Source: Deltaproteobacteria bacterium (GTDB lineage Bacteria; Myxococcota_A; UBA9160; UBA4427). From it: DNA of 39,743 nucleotides. The position numbers and the translations under genes were made by a program. The stretch's first letter is position 1; the number at the start of each line of letters is the position of its first letter. The notes under the pieces are model-generated. The model worked only from the letters and a program-made list of their open reading frames with translations, ran no database searches and had not been told where the DNA came from. Location: NCBI GenBank assembly GCA_011051925.1, contig DRKE01000239.1, positions 1-39,743 on the forward strand, written 5' to 3'. Below are positions 26,662-35,874 of the stretch, one piece after another.

Positions 26662-27759
26662 TCAGAGGGAGACGATGTGTCCTTCGGCTGGATCGATGTG
26701 GCCACCGAGAAGATCGAGATAGATCCTCTCCAGCGCCTGTGGCCCCCGATGTCGGATGACCGCCAGCCAATCATCGCTGAAGGCGGAGAACTCGTCCCAG
26801 GACCGGCCGAGCCGTTCCTGCAACCCGGACCCACCCCAGTCTTCCGTTCGTTTCACGACCCGTGCGGGGGCAAAGAAGAACTCGGGTGTCGGACCGGGCA
26901 GATCCTCCGAAACCGGCTTCGATTCCCAATGGGTCGCCCCCACCGAGCAGGAATAGCGGAGTCGATCGCCCAGGCGCCCGTGCACGGTCGCGACGACATC
27001 ACGGTTGCCGGCCATGTCGACCAGGACGGCCGGCGACGTGTCCGTGAGGGTTTCCAGCGCATCGTAGGAAACGACTTCGTCGTAGCACCCGAGCCGTTCC
27101 ACGAAATCGCGGTTCCGGGCGGAGGTCAGCCCGATGACGCTCCCCCGGGCCCGTCGGTGGAGGAGGTGGGCAAGGGCGATCGAAGTCTTGCTGGACGCGC
27201 TGGTGAGGATTGAACGCTCCGCACCGAAGAAATCCTTCTCGTCGAGAAGGTCGTCGATGAGGAAGGAAGTCATGAAGAGACCACGGAGGAGCATGATCTG
27301 ATCTTCCCGTTCGGCGTGATGGAGGGGATCCCGCTCGACGAAACCGTAGGTCCGATAGACGGGGGCATGTCCGGCCCGGTGGGCCGCGCCATCGACCACC
27401 CCGGTCGGATGGGGCCGGGCGTCGATGACCAGATGGCGACTCATCGGAAAGAAGCCGAAGCAGCGGGTGCCGACGGGGACGTCGGGACTCCGGGACTCGA
27501 CCACGTCGCCGAACCCCATGGCCGGAATCCGGCCCCATCGCCCGGGTCCGGGAAAGAACCCCCAGTAGTCGAGGAGGTCCCCGGCAGCCGCGTACGAGAC
27601 GTTGTTCGAGGTCAGCGCGAAACGGTCGACGGCGAAGAGGACCTGGCCCTCGCCGAGGGTGCCGATCGGCTCGCCCGGTACACAGCGACACGCCCGGAAA
27701 TCATCCCGGTCCACCTGGAAATCGAGCGGAGCAGAGGTCGGATCGGTCGGATCGGTCAT
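26662..27759 (-). CDS. DUF2855 family protein
   Basis: DRFALTSNNVSYA..YWGFFP..IPAMGFG..FPMS..LFMTSFL..SASSKT..VDMAGN..VGATHW..FFFAP. Confidence 0.88.
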   Translation of the reverse strand: MTDPTDPTSAPLDFQVDRDDFRACRCVPGEPIGTLGEGQVLFAVDRFALTSNNVSYAAAGDLLDYWGFFPGPGRWGRIPAMGFGDVVESRSPDVPVGTRCFGFFPMSRHLVIDARPHPTGVVDGAAHRAGHAPVYRTYGFVERDPLHHAEREDQIMLLRGLFMTSFLIDDLLDEKDFFGAERSILTSASSKTSIALAHLLHRRARGSVIGLTSARNRDFVERLGCYDEVVSYDALETLTDTSPAVLVDMAGNRDVVATVHGRLGDRLRYSCSVGATHWESKPVSEDLPGPTPEFFFAPARVVKRTEDWGGSGLQERLGRSWDEFSAFSDDWLAVIRHRGPQALERIYLDLLGGHIDPAEGHIVSL

Positions 27760-27932
27760 GGGAGAATGGGCTCCTCGGGTCGGGCGGTGAGGGAGAACGG
27801 AGGGTAGGGCAGGCGGCCTGTTCGATCCGGCGACCCCCGATCCCCCCAGGGGCCAAAGCGGGGTCGGGGGTCGGGAGGGGGAGGGGCAACCGTCCGGCCG
27901 AAAGGACGATTTCTTCCGGCAATCATGAAAAC

Positions 27933-27951
27933 GACATTGATTTTCATTTTC
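27933..27951. promoter_or_regulatory. putative Fur box overlapping the -35 of the bfd promoter
   Basis: minus strand GAAAATGAAAATCAATGTC matches GATAATGATAATCATTATC at 15/19. Confidence 0.65.
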
Positions 27952-27965
27952 TTCGAACATAAACT
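27937..27965 (+). promoter_or_regulatory. putative sigma-70 promoter for bfd
   Basis: TTGATT, 17 nt spacer, TAAACT. Confidence 0.55.
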
Positions 27966-28104
27966 GCCGATCTGTCCAAGCACGGCCGGCCCGGAGGCCA
28001 GCCCGTCTTCTTCCGGGGCGCTTCAGCTTCCGGAACCCGCTTTGAAACGTCGTCGGAACGACCGAGAACGACAGAGAGAAGGACAGAAGGACACCGAGGA
28101 ACGG

Positions 28105-28329
28105 ATGCTCGTCTGCCATTGTCGCGGAATCACGGATCGACAGATCCGCCGCCTCGTCCGGAACGGGGCGACGTCGACGCGCGATGTCGCGCGAGCGACG
28201 GGTGCCGGTCTGCGCTGTGGCGGATGCCGATCCAACGTGAAGAAGATCGTCGACGAAGCGGTCGCGAGCGATCTCCAGGAATCACGTCGGACGACCCTCC
28301 TCGATCGCATCGTTTCCGTCGAGGGCTGA
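28105..28329 (+). CDS. bfd: bacterioferritin-associated ferredoxin, (2Fe-2S)-binding protein
   Basis: MLVCHCRGITDRQI..GAGLRCGGC (CxC..CxxC); GAGGA RBS. Confidence 0.88.
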   Translation: MLVCHCRGITDRQIRRLVRNGATSTRDVARATGAGLRCGGCRSNVKKIVDEAVASDLQESRRTTLLDRIVSVEG

Positions 28330-28453
28330 AGCCCGCCCCCGCCGTGCCCCCGGAACCACGGGGTCCGGCCCCCCGCCGTTCATGCTCCCGGATTCCAGCG
28401 TCCAGCCGGGCCCGCACCCCTCCCAGCGCAGGCCGGCGGAATGGCCGGATCTA

Positions 28454-28495
28454 CCTCGGGCATCGTTCCTCGGGCATTCTCCCTCGGGCGTTGTC
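28454..28495 (+). repeat. three tandem 14-bp direct repeats
   Basis: CCTCGGGCATCGTT / CCTCGGGCATTCTC / CCTCGGGCGTTGTC. Confidence 0.7.
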
Positions 28496-28573
28496 CGGAT
28501 CGACAGACGCGCCAGCCGACGGAAGATTGGGGGCCCCGCCCCCGTCCTGACCTTTCGACGATCGGAGGATTCC

Positions 28574-28741
28574 ATGGGAAAGACCTGCGCCTGGTGCGGC
28601 ACGCTGCTTCGAGCCATTTCGGGCACCACCATTCCGACGAGTCAGGCCCTCTGCCAGGGATGCCTCGACGAACTCGAGAGCGCGCTCTCGTCCCGGGGAC
28701 TCGACGTGGATCCGTCGCAGCCGCGAACGACACCACACTAG
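28574..28741 (+). CDS. 55-aa CxxC..CxxC putative zinc-binding microprotein
   Basis: GGAGG RBS; MGKTCAWCGT..TSQALCQGCLDEL. Confidence 0.68.
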   Translation: MGKTCAWCGTLLRAISGTTIPTSQALCQGCLDELESALSSRGLDVDPSQPRTTPH

Positions 28742-28783
28742 TTCCGGATCGTCCGGCGTCGACGTTCCGAGACCGCTCGCTCC

Positions 28784-30037
28784 TCAGCTCCGGAGCAGGT
28801 CCTTCGCGATCGCGCGGATCTGCATCTCGTCCGTGCCCGCGTAGATCTGCAGCACTTTCGAGTCGCGTGCGAGCTGCTCGACGACGTACTCCGACATGTA
28901 GCCGTTGCCGCCATAGACCTGGACCGCCTCCATGGCGACCTCGACGGCGGCCCGGGCCGCGTAGAGCTTCATGGCCGACGCCTCGGCCAGGGTCATCGTC
29001 CTGCCGTTCGCGGAGAGTTCGATCGTGCGGAAGACCAGGTTCTGGAGGTTCATGCGTGCGACCTCCATGCGGGCGAGCTTGTCCTGGATGAGCTGATACT
29101 CGCCGATGGGGCGCTCGAACTGCACCCGTTCTCGCGCGTATTTCAGCGACAGTTCGAGGCAGCGATCCACGATGCCGAGGGCCATGGCAGCCACGCCCGT
29201 TCGTTCGGTCTGGAAGGTCCCCTTGGCGCCTTCGCGTCCGCCCCCTTGCTTTCCGAGCGCTTCTTCGCCCCCCAACAAGCGGTCCATGCCGACGCGCACG
29301 TCGGTCAGGAAGAGTTCGCCCGTCGGCGACGAATGCATGCCCATCTTGCGCAGGGCACCCGTCTGCTCGAAACCCGGCATGCCGCGGTCGAGCACGAAGT
29401 TCAGGATCTTCCGGTCACGAAGATCCACGCCTTCCTCTTCGAGCTTGCAGATGAAGACCGTCGTGTCGGCATGGGGGCCGTTGGTGATGAAGGTCTTCGA
29501 CCCGTTCAGGACGAACTCGTCTCCTTCCCTGCGTGCCGAGGCCCGCATTCCACCGAAGGCGTCGGAACCCGATCCGGGCTCCGTGATCGCCCAGGCACCG
29601 ATCTTTTCGAGGGTCAGGATGTCGAGGGCCCAGCGCTCCTTCTGTTCGATCGTTCCCTTTGAAAGGATGGCCGAGGCCGTGAGGCCCACGCTGACGCCCA
29701 TGGCGGTCACCATGCCCGGGCAGTAGCGACACAATTCGATGATGGGAATGAGTGTCGCAGCGGCCTGGTCGGCGCGCGCGGCCGGATCGATTGCTCCATC
29801 CGCGGATTTCGCCCTGGCCTCCTTTCGGGAGAGGCCCGCCTTCTCGGCTTCGATCTGCTTCCGGAATCGCGCACGCGCCATCTCGTCCATGCCGAAGGCC
29901 GCGTACATCTTGCGAAGGATGTCGTAGGGGGGCAGATCACCGTGCTCGAGTTCCTCGACGTGCGGCGCTACTTCGGCCTCCACGAATCGGCGTACGGCGT
30001 CGCGGATCATCAACTGGGACTCGCTCCATTCGATCAT
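28784..30037 (-). CDS. acyl-CoA dehydrogenase family protein
   Basis: WAITEPGSGSDA, LNGSKTFITNG, KMGMHSSPTGEL, REQF-like RVQFERPIG, QVYGGNGY, IYAGTDEMQ. Confidence 0.95.
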   Translation of the reverse strand: MIEWSESQLMIRDAVRRFVEAEVAPHVEELEHGDLPPYDILRKMYAAFGMDEMARARFRKQIEAEKAGLSRKEARAKSADGAIDPAARADQAAATLIPIIELCRYCPGMVTAMGVSVGLTASAILSKGTIEQKERWALDILTLEKIGAWAITEPGSGSDAFGGMRASARREGDEFVLNGSKTFITNGPHADTTVFICKLEEEGVDLRDRKILNFVLDRGMPGFEQTGALRKMGMHSSPTGELFLTDVRVGMDRLLGGEEALGKQGGGREGAKGTFQTERTGVAAMALGIVDRCLELSLKYARERVQFERPIGEYQLIQDKLARMEVARMNLQNLVFRTIELSANGRTMTLAEASAMKLYAARAAVEVAMEAVQVYGGNGYMSEYVVEQLARDSKVLQIYAGTDEMQIRAIAKDLLRS

Positions 30038-31548
30038 GCCGGGTTTCCTTCCTTTGGCTCGCTCTGGTTCGTGGGATTCGAGGGCGCCGCAGAGGCGGCG
30101 GTACGGCCGGCCATCCGACCGAAGAAGCTGCTTCCGCCGATCGACATGCCGCTCGCGTAGTAGCGTCCGGATCGCGTCAGGCCCGCCGAGGCCCGGCCCG
30201 CCGCATAGAGGCCCGGAATGACCTCGCCATCGACCGTGAGGACTTCACCCGAAGGCTTCGTGTCGAGGCCACCGAGGGTGAACGCGGCCCAGATGCTCTT
30301 GTCGACCGAGAGGTCGAGGGCGGCGTAGGGCGGATTCGACAGGGGCTTCACGTATTTCGCCGCCTTGTGGTAGACGGGGTCCTCGTTCCGTTCGGCATGG
30401 CGATTGTAGGAATCGAAGGTATGCACGAGCTGTCCTTCGGGCATCCCGAGCGTCTTTTCCAGATCTTCGATCGTTTCTTCGACGCCTGCGATCTCGTAGG
30501 GCACCATCGCCTGTCCGTAGATCGAATCGTCGACGATGAGAAAGGCCTGTCCGTCGGCCTTCTGCATGATCGCGTCGGCCACGCGGCCGTGATAGCAGTC
30601 CTCGTTGATGAAGCGTTGGCCCTGGCGATTCACGATCAGCCCCTCGATGTGGGAGACCGGGGGGAAGTAGGGGGTCGTCATCAAGCCCTCGTGCATGTTG
30701 ATCGCGGCCCCGCCGACGCCCATCCCCATCCGGATGCCGCTTCCATCACATCCCTCGCTGCCGATGGGATAGCGGCATCTCGCGAGATCGGGAGCGAAAT
30801 GCCGGACCATCTCCCGGTTCATGATGAAGCCACCCGTCGTGAGGATCACGCCGCGGCTGGCCCGGACGGCGACTTCCTCTCCGTCGATCGTGGCGATGAT
30901 CCCGACGACCCGCCCGTCGTCGTCGCGAACGAGCGTCGAGACGCGCGATTCGTTCCGGATCGGGACGCCGAGCTCCCCGAGCGTCGAGATCATCCGTTCG
31001 ATGATGTAGCCGCCGGCGGCGCCTTCCTTCCTGGGTTTGTGGCCCCGGGGTGCAGGGGGGCTTTCCCGGGAAAAGGGGTAGGCCTCTTCGTTGCCCGAAT
31101 AGATCAGGCAATCGTCGGTCGGGGGGAAGATCACCTTTTCCGGGTAGTGGGTGTCCTTGAACTCGACGCCGATGCTGTCGAAGAAATCGAAGTGGTCGAG
31201 ACTGTTCTCGCAGTAGAGACGGACCTTCTCGGGATCGCTCGTCGGTCCGGCGGCGCGACTGACATGAGCCAGCATGTCCTCCGTCGTGTCGGAGAAGCCG
31301 GCCGCCTTCTGGACCCGGGTGCCGCCCCCGAAATAGATCGTGCCTTCCGAGAGCGCCGTCGCGCCGCCGCCGCGCGCGGCGCGCTCGAAAACGATCGTGC
31401 GCGCGCCCGCGCGGGCCGCTTCGATGGCGGCGGCCCCTCCCGCCACGCCCAGGCCCACGACGATCACCTCGAAATCGCCCCACCATCGGTCGATCCGGCT
31501 CGCACGCCGAGGTCGGGAGGGAAGGGGCTTCGAGGGCGTCGCAGACAT
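30034..31548 (-). CDS. FAD-dependent oxidoreductase, 3-ketosteroid dehydrogenase-like (Delta4-5alpha / Rv1817-like)
   Basis: VVGLGVAG, GGATALSEG, VILTTGGF, RFINEDCYHGR, FTLGGL, PGLYAAG, YYASGMSIGGSSFFGRMAG; GGAG RBS; ATGA overlap with the acyl-CoA dehydrogenase. Confidence 0.85.
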   Translation of the reverse strand: MSATPSKPLPSRPRRASRIDRWWGDFEVIVVGLGVAGGAAAIEAARAGARTIVFERAARGGGATALSEGTIYFGGGTRVQKAAGFSDTTEDMLAHVSRAAGPTSDPEKVRLYCENSLDHFDFFDSIGVEFKDTHYPEKVIFPPTDDCLIYSGNEEAYPFSRESPPAPRGHKPRKEGAAGGYIIERMISTLGELGVPIRNESRVSTLVRDDDGRVVGIIATIDGEEVAVRASRGVILTTGGFIMNREMVRHFAPDLARCRYPIGSEGCDGSGIRMGMGVGGAAINMHEGLMTTPYFPPVSHIEGLIVNRQGQRFINEDCYHGRVADAIMQKADGQAFLIVDDSIYGQAMVPYEIAGVEETIEDLEKTLGMPEGQLVHTFDSYNRHAERNEDPVYHKAAKYVKPLSNPPYAALDLSVDKSIWAAFTLGGLDTKPSGEVLTVDGEVIPGLYAAGRASAGLTRSGRYYASGMSIGGSSFFGRMAGRTAASAAPSNPTNQSEPKEGNPA

Positions 31549-31720
31549 CGTTCCGATCTCCAAGGGCGGGTCTCGATCAGGGGGTGGGAGGATAGCGGGA
31601 TCGGGTATCGTCTCGACCTGCCCCTTCCAGGTCCGCGTCGTCCGGTTGCCTCCAGGGGGCGCGTACCCCGAAAATCCGGACGGCCCCGAAAAGACGCCCG
31701 AGAATAAAGGAGAACCTCCC

Positions 31721-32572
31721 GTGAAATTCGGCCTCATGTTCGCGAATACCGGTCCCTTCATTCAGCCCGAAGGGCTGACCCTGCTCGCCCAGACGGCTGA
31801 AGAGGTCGGGATGGAGTCTCTCTGGACGGTGGAACACGTCGTCGTGCCACTGGGCTACGAATCGACCTACCCCTACAGCCGGGACGGGAAGATGCCGGGA
31901 TCGGAGGAAGCGCCGATTCCGGATCCCCTCATCTGGCTGACCTATGCCGCCGCGGTCACGACGAAGATCAAGTTGGCGACGGGGATCATCATCCTGCCCC
32001 AGCGTCATCCGCTCTATCTCGCCAAGGAGGCGTCGACGCTCGACCTCCTTTCGGGCGGACGGCTGCTGCTCGGGATCGGCGTCGGCTGGCTCGAGGAGGA
32101 ATTCAAGGCACTGAACGTCCCCTTCGAATCGCGGGGGGCGATCACGGACGAATCGATCGTCGCCTTGCGGGAACTCTGGGGGCCCGGTGCGTCGGAGCAC
32201 GACGGCAGCTACTACCGCTGGCCGAAGGTCGAATCGAATCCGAAGCCCGTCGGAGGCAAGGTGCCGATCATCGTCGGAGGGCATTCGAGGGTGGCGGCCC
32301 GGCGTGCTGCACGGCTCGGCGACGGGTTCTTTCCGGCCCGTGCGGACAAGCTCGACGAGTGTCTTGCCGAGCTGAAGGCCGAGTGCGCGCGGATCGGCCG
32401 CGATCCGGGCGAGATCGAGATCACGACGGGCGGCGTCCCGACGCTGGACGAGGTCAAACGGCTCGAGGACATGGGCGTCAGTCGCTTCACCGTCGGTCCG
32501 CCCGGCTTCACGCCCGATGCCCTGCGAGAGGGTCTCGAAAAGCTGGGGAACGAATTGATCTCGAAGTCCTGA
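31721..32572 (+). CDS. LLM class F420-dependent oxidoreductase (Rv2161c-like)
   Basis: SLWTVEHVVVP..YPYS..PDPLIWLTYAAAVT..LPQRHP..TLDLLSGGR..GVGWLEEEF; AAAGGAG RBS before GTG. Confidence 0.92.
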   Translation: MKFGLMFANTGPFIQPEGLTLLAQTAEEVGMESLWTVEHVVVPLGYESTYPYSRDGKMPGSEEAPIPDPLIWLTYAAAVTTKIKLATGIIILPQRHPLYLAKEASTLDLLSGGRLLLGIGVGWLEEEFKALNVPFESRGAITDESIVALRELWGPGASEHDGSYYRWPKVESNPKPVGGKVPIIVGGHSRVAARRAARLGDGFFPARADKLDECLAELKAECARIGRDPGEIEITTGGVPTLDEVKRLEDMGVSRFTVGPPGFTPDALREGLEKLGNELISKS

Positions 32573-32594
32573 TTCCGGTCGGTCGTCTTCTTCC

Positions 32595-34622
32595 ATGCCG
32601 ATTCTCGATGCGACCGGGCTTCGCAAGACCGTCGCTGGTCGAACCCTCTTCGAAGGCGTGACACTCACGATCCGGCGGGGCGAGAAAGTCGGCCTGGTCG
32701 GTTCGAATGGCGCGGGGAAGACCACTCTCGGCCGCGTCCTGGCGGGTGTCCTCGAGCCCGATGGGGGCCGGATCTCGAGGCGTCGCGATTCGACGGTCGG
32801 GTACCTCGCACAGGAGCCGCGCTTCGAAGCCGGACGTAGCGTTCGCGAGACCGTACTCGAGGGGCTCGGAAGATGGAGCGAACTGAAGAGACGCTACGAC
32901 GCGCTGACGGAGACGCTGGCTCGGGTGTCCGACCCGGAAGAACTGGCCCGGGTGTCGCTCGAACAGGCCGGGGTCGGCGAAGCGCTCGAAAGGGAGGGAG
33001 GCTGGGAACGGGAACACGAGGCCGAAGCGACCGTCGGCCATCTCGGGATCGCCGATCCCCTTCGCCCGGTCGAGACGCTCAGCGGGGGCGAAGCGCGTCG
33101 CGTCGCCCTCGCCAGGCTTCTCGTCGCCGCGCCGGACCTCGCGATCCTCGACGAACCGACCAATCATCTCGACATCGAGACGATCGAATGGCTCGAGGCC
33201 TATCTGCGTGATCGCTGGAAGGGAGCGTTGCTCTTGATCAGTCATGATCGGCGTGTTCTCGATGCCGTGACGACCCGGACCCTCGAGATCCATGATGGCT
33301 GCGTCGATGGCTACGACGGGGGATACGCGCTCTATCTCGAGGGCAAGGCCGAACGAGAGGCGCACCAGGAGCGGACCGAGCGCAACCGGCAGAACTTCCT
33401 CCGCCGTGAACTCGAATGGCTGCGTCGGCAGCCGAAGGCGCGGGGCACGAAACAGAAGGCACGGACGGCCCGCGCCGAGGCGGCACTCGAAACGATGGCG
33501 CCTCGCCAGCAAGGACAGGCCGACCTCCGCCTTCGTTCGGAGCGTCTCGGAAAGACCATCCTCGAGTTGTCGGATCTCGTGATCGAGCGGGAGGGTCGTC
33601 GTCTGATCGATGGGCTCGATCTCGCGCTTCGTCCGGGTGAGCGGATCGGAGTCGTCGGCCCGAACGGATCGGGCAAGACGAGCCTGTTGCTGGCGATTCG
33701 GGGCACCCTCGTTCCGACTCGCGGCCGCATCGTCGTCGGTGCCAACACGAAGATCGGGTATCTCGATCAATCTCGTGCCGATCTCGACGATGGGGCCAGC
33801 GTACGCGAGGCCGCCCTCGGCGACGCGCAGGAAGTCGTGCTCGGGGAAGAGCGGCTCTCGGCAGGAAGCTATCTGGAGCGGTTTCTCTTCCGTGGACCAC
33901 GGCAGAGGGACCGGGTCAGCGAACTCTCCGGAGGAGAGCGTGCCCGGGTCTGTCTGGCCCGACTGCTCGCGCAGAAATGCAACCTGCTCCTGCTCGACGA
34001 GCCGACCAATGACCTCGACGTCGCGACCCTGGGCGCGCTCGAATCGATGTTGGTCGACTTCGGGGGCAGCGTCATCCTCGTCAGTCACGACCGCTGGATG
34101 CTCGATCGCGTGGCGACCTCGATCCTGGCCTTCGAAAACGACGGACGTGTCGACTACCATGTCGGGAACTACACCGACTATCGGGCGCGTCGTTCGGCGA
34201 ACCATGGGTTGGCGCCTTCCGGACGAGTCGGGCGGGAACGGGGCGCGGGACCGCGGATTCCGGGTTCGTCCGCGCGCGCCGTTCTCACGGGTGCCGAGTC
34301 GTCCGATCTCGCGGAGCGATCCGGATCGGCGGGGCGAACGGGGCCGAGGAAGCCGACGCAGGCCGAGCGCCTCGAACTCGAGGGCCTGTTCGAGAAGATC
34401 GAAGCGGCCGAGGCGCGTGTGGCGGAACTCCAGGCCAGGCTGGCGGATCCGGAACTCTATCGGGGGACGGGCGAGGACGTCGCGGGTCTTCGGATGGCGC
34501 TCGAGCGAGCGGAATCGGAGGCGTTGCGGTTGACGACGCGCTGGGAAGAACTCGAAGAGTGCAAAGCCGAATGGGAGAAGGCGCGGGTCGGGCGGCCCCC
34601 TAGCGATTCGAAAAGACGATGA
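32595..34622 (+). CDS. ABC-F family ATPase (Uup-like, with C-terminal coiled coil)
   Basis: two ABC domains (GSNGAGKTT/LSGGE/LDEPTNHLD and GPNGSGKTS/LSGGE/LDEPTNDLD); linker ELEWLRRQPKARGTKQKAR; C-terminal LADPELY..RWEELE; no TM segments. Confidence 0.93.
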   Translation: MPILDATGLRKTVAGRTLFEGVTLTIRRGEKVGLVGSNGAGKTTLGRVLAGVLEPDGGRISRRRDSTVGYLAQEPRFEAGRSVRETVLEGLGRWSELKRRYDALTETLARVSDPEELARVSLEQAGVGEALEREGGWEREHEAEATVGHLGIADPLRPVETLSGGEARRVALARLLVAAPDLAILDEPTNHLDIETIEWLEAYLRDRWKGALLLISHDRRVLDAVTTRTLEIHDGCVDGYDGGYALYLEGKAEREAHQERTERNRQNFLRRELEWLRRQPKARGTKQKARTARAEAALETMAPRQQGQADLRLRSERLGKTILELSDLVIEREGRRLIDGLDLALRPGERIGVVGPNGSGKTSLLLAIRGTLVPTRGRIVVGANTKIGYLDQSRADLDDGASVREAALGDAQEVVLGEERLSAGSYLERFLFRGPRQRDRVSELSGGERARVCLARLLAQKCNLLLLDEPTNDLDVATLGALESMLVDFGGSVILVSHDRWMLDRVATSILAFENDGRVDYHVGNYTDYRARRSANHGLAPSGRVGRERGAGPRIPGSSARAVLTGAESSDLAERSGSAGRTGPRKPTQAERLELEGLFEKIEAAEARVAELQARLADPELYRGTGEDVAGLRMALERAESEALRLTTRWEELEECKAEWEKARVGRPPSDSKRR

Positions 34623-35589
34623 TCGACGCGAGGATGGCGAGGAGCGCGACGAATCCGAGGACGCCCCGCCAGGCCGACGTGCGCGCGCGATCGGCGAGCC
34701 ACCAGTTTCGCGGGCGCATGCCCCGCCACAGGAAGGTGAGGATCGCGGCGAGGGTCACGGCCGTCACGTTTCCAAGGGCCAGCAGCAGGGCAGCCGACGC
34801 GCCGCGTGGCTCGCCGGCCGAGAGCAGCATCCCGCTCGCCACGGTGGGCGGCAAAAGCGCCACGGCCACCATCACGCCGGTCAGGTAGGTGGGGGCGCCG
34901 GTCGTGAAGGCGAGGGCCCCGGCGCATCCCGCGGCCAGGGCGAGCACGAGATCCCAGATTCCCACCTGGGTGCGTGAGGCGAGTTCGGGCGTCCGGGGGT
35001 CGACGTCGAGCAGGATGCCGAGGAGCATGGCGAGGACCAGGGTGAGCGCGAAGCCGACGCCTGTCGTGATCGCGGCCCGCCGCACGAGTGGCAGATCCCC
35101 GAGAACGAGACCCAGGGCCATCGCCATGTTGGGTCCGAGCAGGGGTGCCACGACCATCGCCCCGATCACGGCGGCCGTATTGTCGTAGGAAAGGCCGATC
35201 GCCGCGACGATCGCTGCCAGGGTCACGAGGAAGAGATAGTCCCGATGAAGCTTGGCCCCGTCTGCGATGCTCGCATAGACCTCTTCGCGGCTGACGGCGG
35301 CCGCCGAGCGGAGGGCCTCGTCCCGACTCCGGGAGGCCGTGGCGAGAGGGCGGGGCAGCACGGCGTCGAGAGGTTCCACGAGGATCAGGAGGCCGCCACG
35401 GTCGGCGATGCGTTCGTGCAGGGCATCGAGGGCGACGCCCGAGCGTTCCGCGCCGAGCACCGCTCGGACGATCTTTCCATAGCGTCCGCCCTCCTCGGTC
35501 CAGGTCTGACTGGAGAATTCCGCGAGGACGTCCTGGGCCTCTGCGGCCAGATTGCCCGGGACATGCGTTTCGATGACCTTGAGCGCCAT
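34600..35589 (-). CDS. TIGR00341 family (DUF389) membrane protein
   Basis: SREEVY, AVIGAMVVAPLLGP, ELASRT, LALAAGCAGA, GVMVAVALLPP. Confidence 0.9.
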   Translation of the reverse strand: MALKVIETHVPGNLAAEAQDVLAEFSSQTWTEEGGRYGKIVRAVLGAERSGVALDALHERIADRGGLLILVEPLDAVLPRPLATASRSRDEALRSAAAVSREEVYASIADGAKLHRDYLFLVTLAAIVAAIGLSYDNTAAVIGAMVVAPLLGPNMAMALGLVLGDLPLVRRAAITTGVGFALTLVLAMLLGILLDVDPRTPELASRTQVGIWDLVLALAAGCAGALAFTTGAPTYLTGVMVAVALLPPTVASGMLLSAGEPRGASAALLLALGNVTAVTLAAILTFLWRGMRPRNWWLADRARTSAWRGVLGFVALLAILASIIVFSNR

Positions 35590-35609
35590 GCTGCCTGCCT
35601 TTCTTCGGG

Positions 35610-35683
35610 CACCCGGCTTCCGAACAGGTGCCGCGACCGTGAGGCTAACCGATCGTCTCGTGAGCCTGTTCCGAAGCCCGGTG
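35610..35683. repeat. 19-bp imperfect inverted repeat (17/19) enclosing 36 nt
   Basis: CACCCGGCTTCCGAACAGG (35610-35628) and CCTGTTCCGAAGCCCGGTG (35665-35683). Confidence 0.7.
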
Positions 35684-35874
35684 GGTGGCCGCGGAGGCGG
35701 CCGATCCCCTCGCCATCCGGGCTCGGACGTGGAGTGGCCCTGGATGTGCTAGGGTCTGCCGCCAACGATCCCCCGACGACCCATGCCCTCGAAATCGTCC
35801 CCTGGAAGACCGGATAGCCTGGTGCTCCGATCGCGCGACGGGCCCCTCGTCATCCAGCGGCGAATCTCCATCCC

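Noticed and set aside
34600..34622. Convergent 3' overlaps (ABC-F/TIGR00341, 23 bp; cNMP protein/M48, 14 bp at 1299-1312)
   Set aside because: Short tail-to-tail overlaps are common in compact GC-rich genomes
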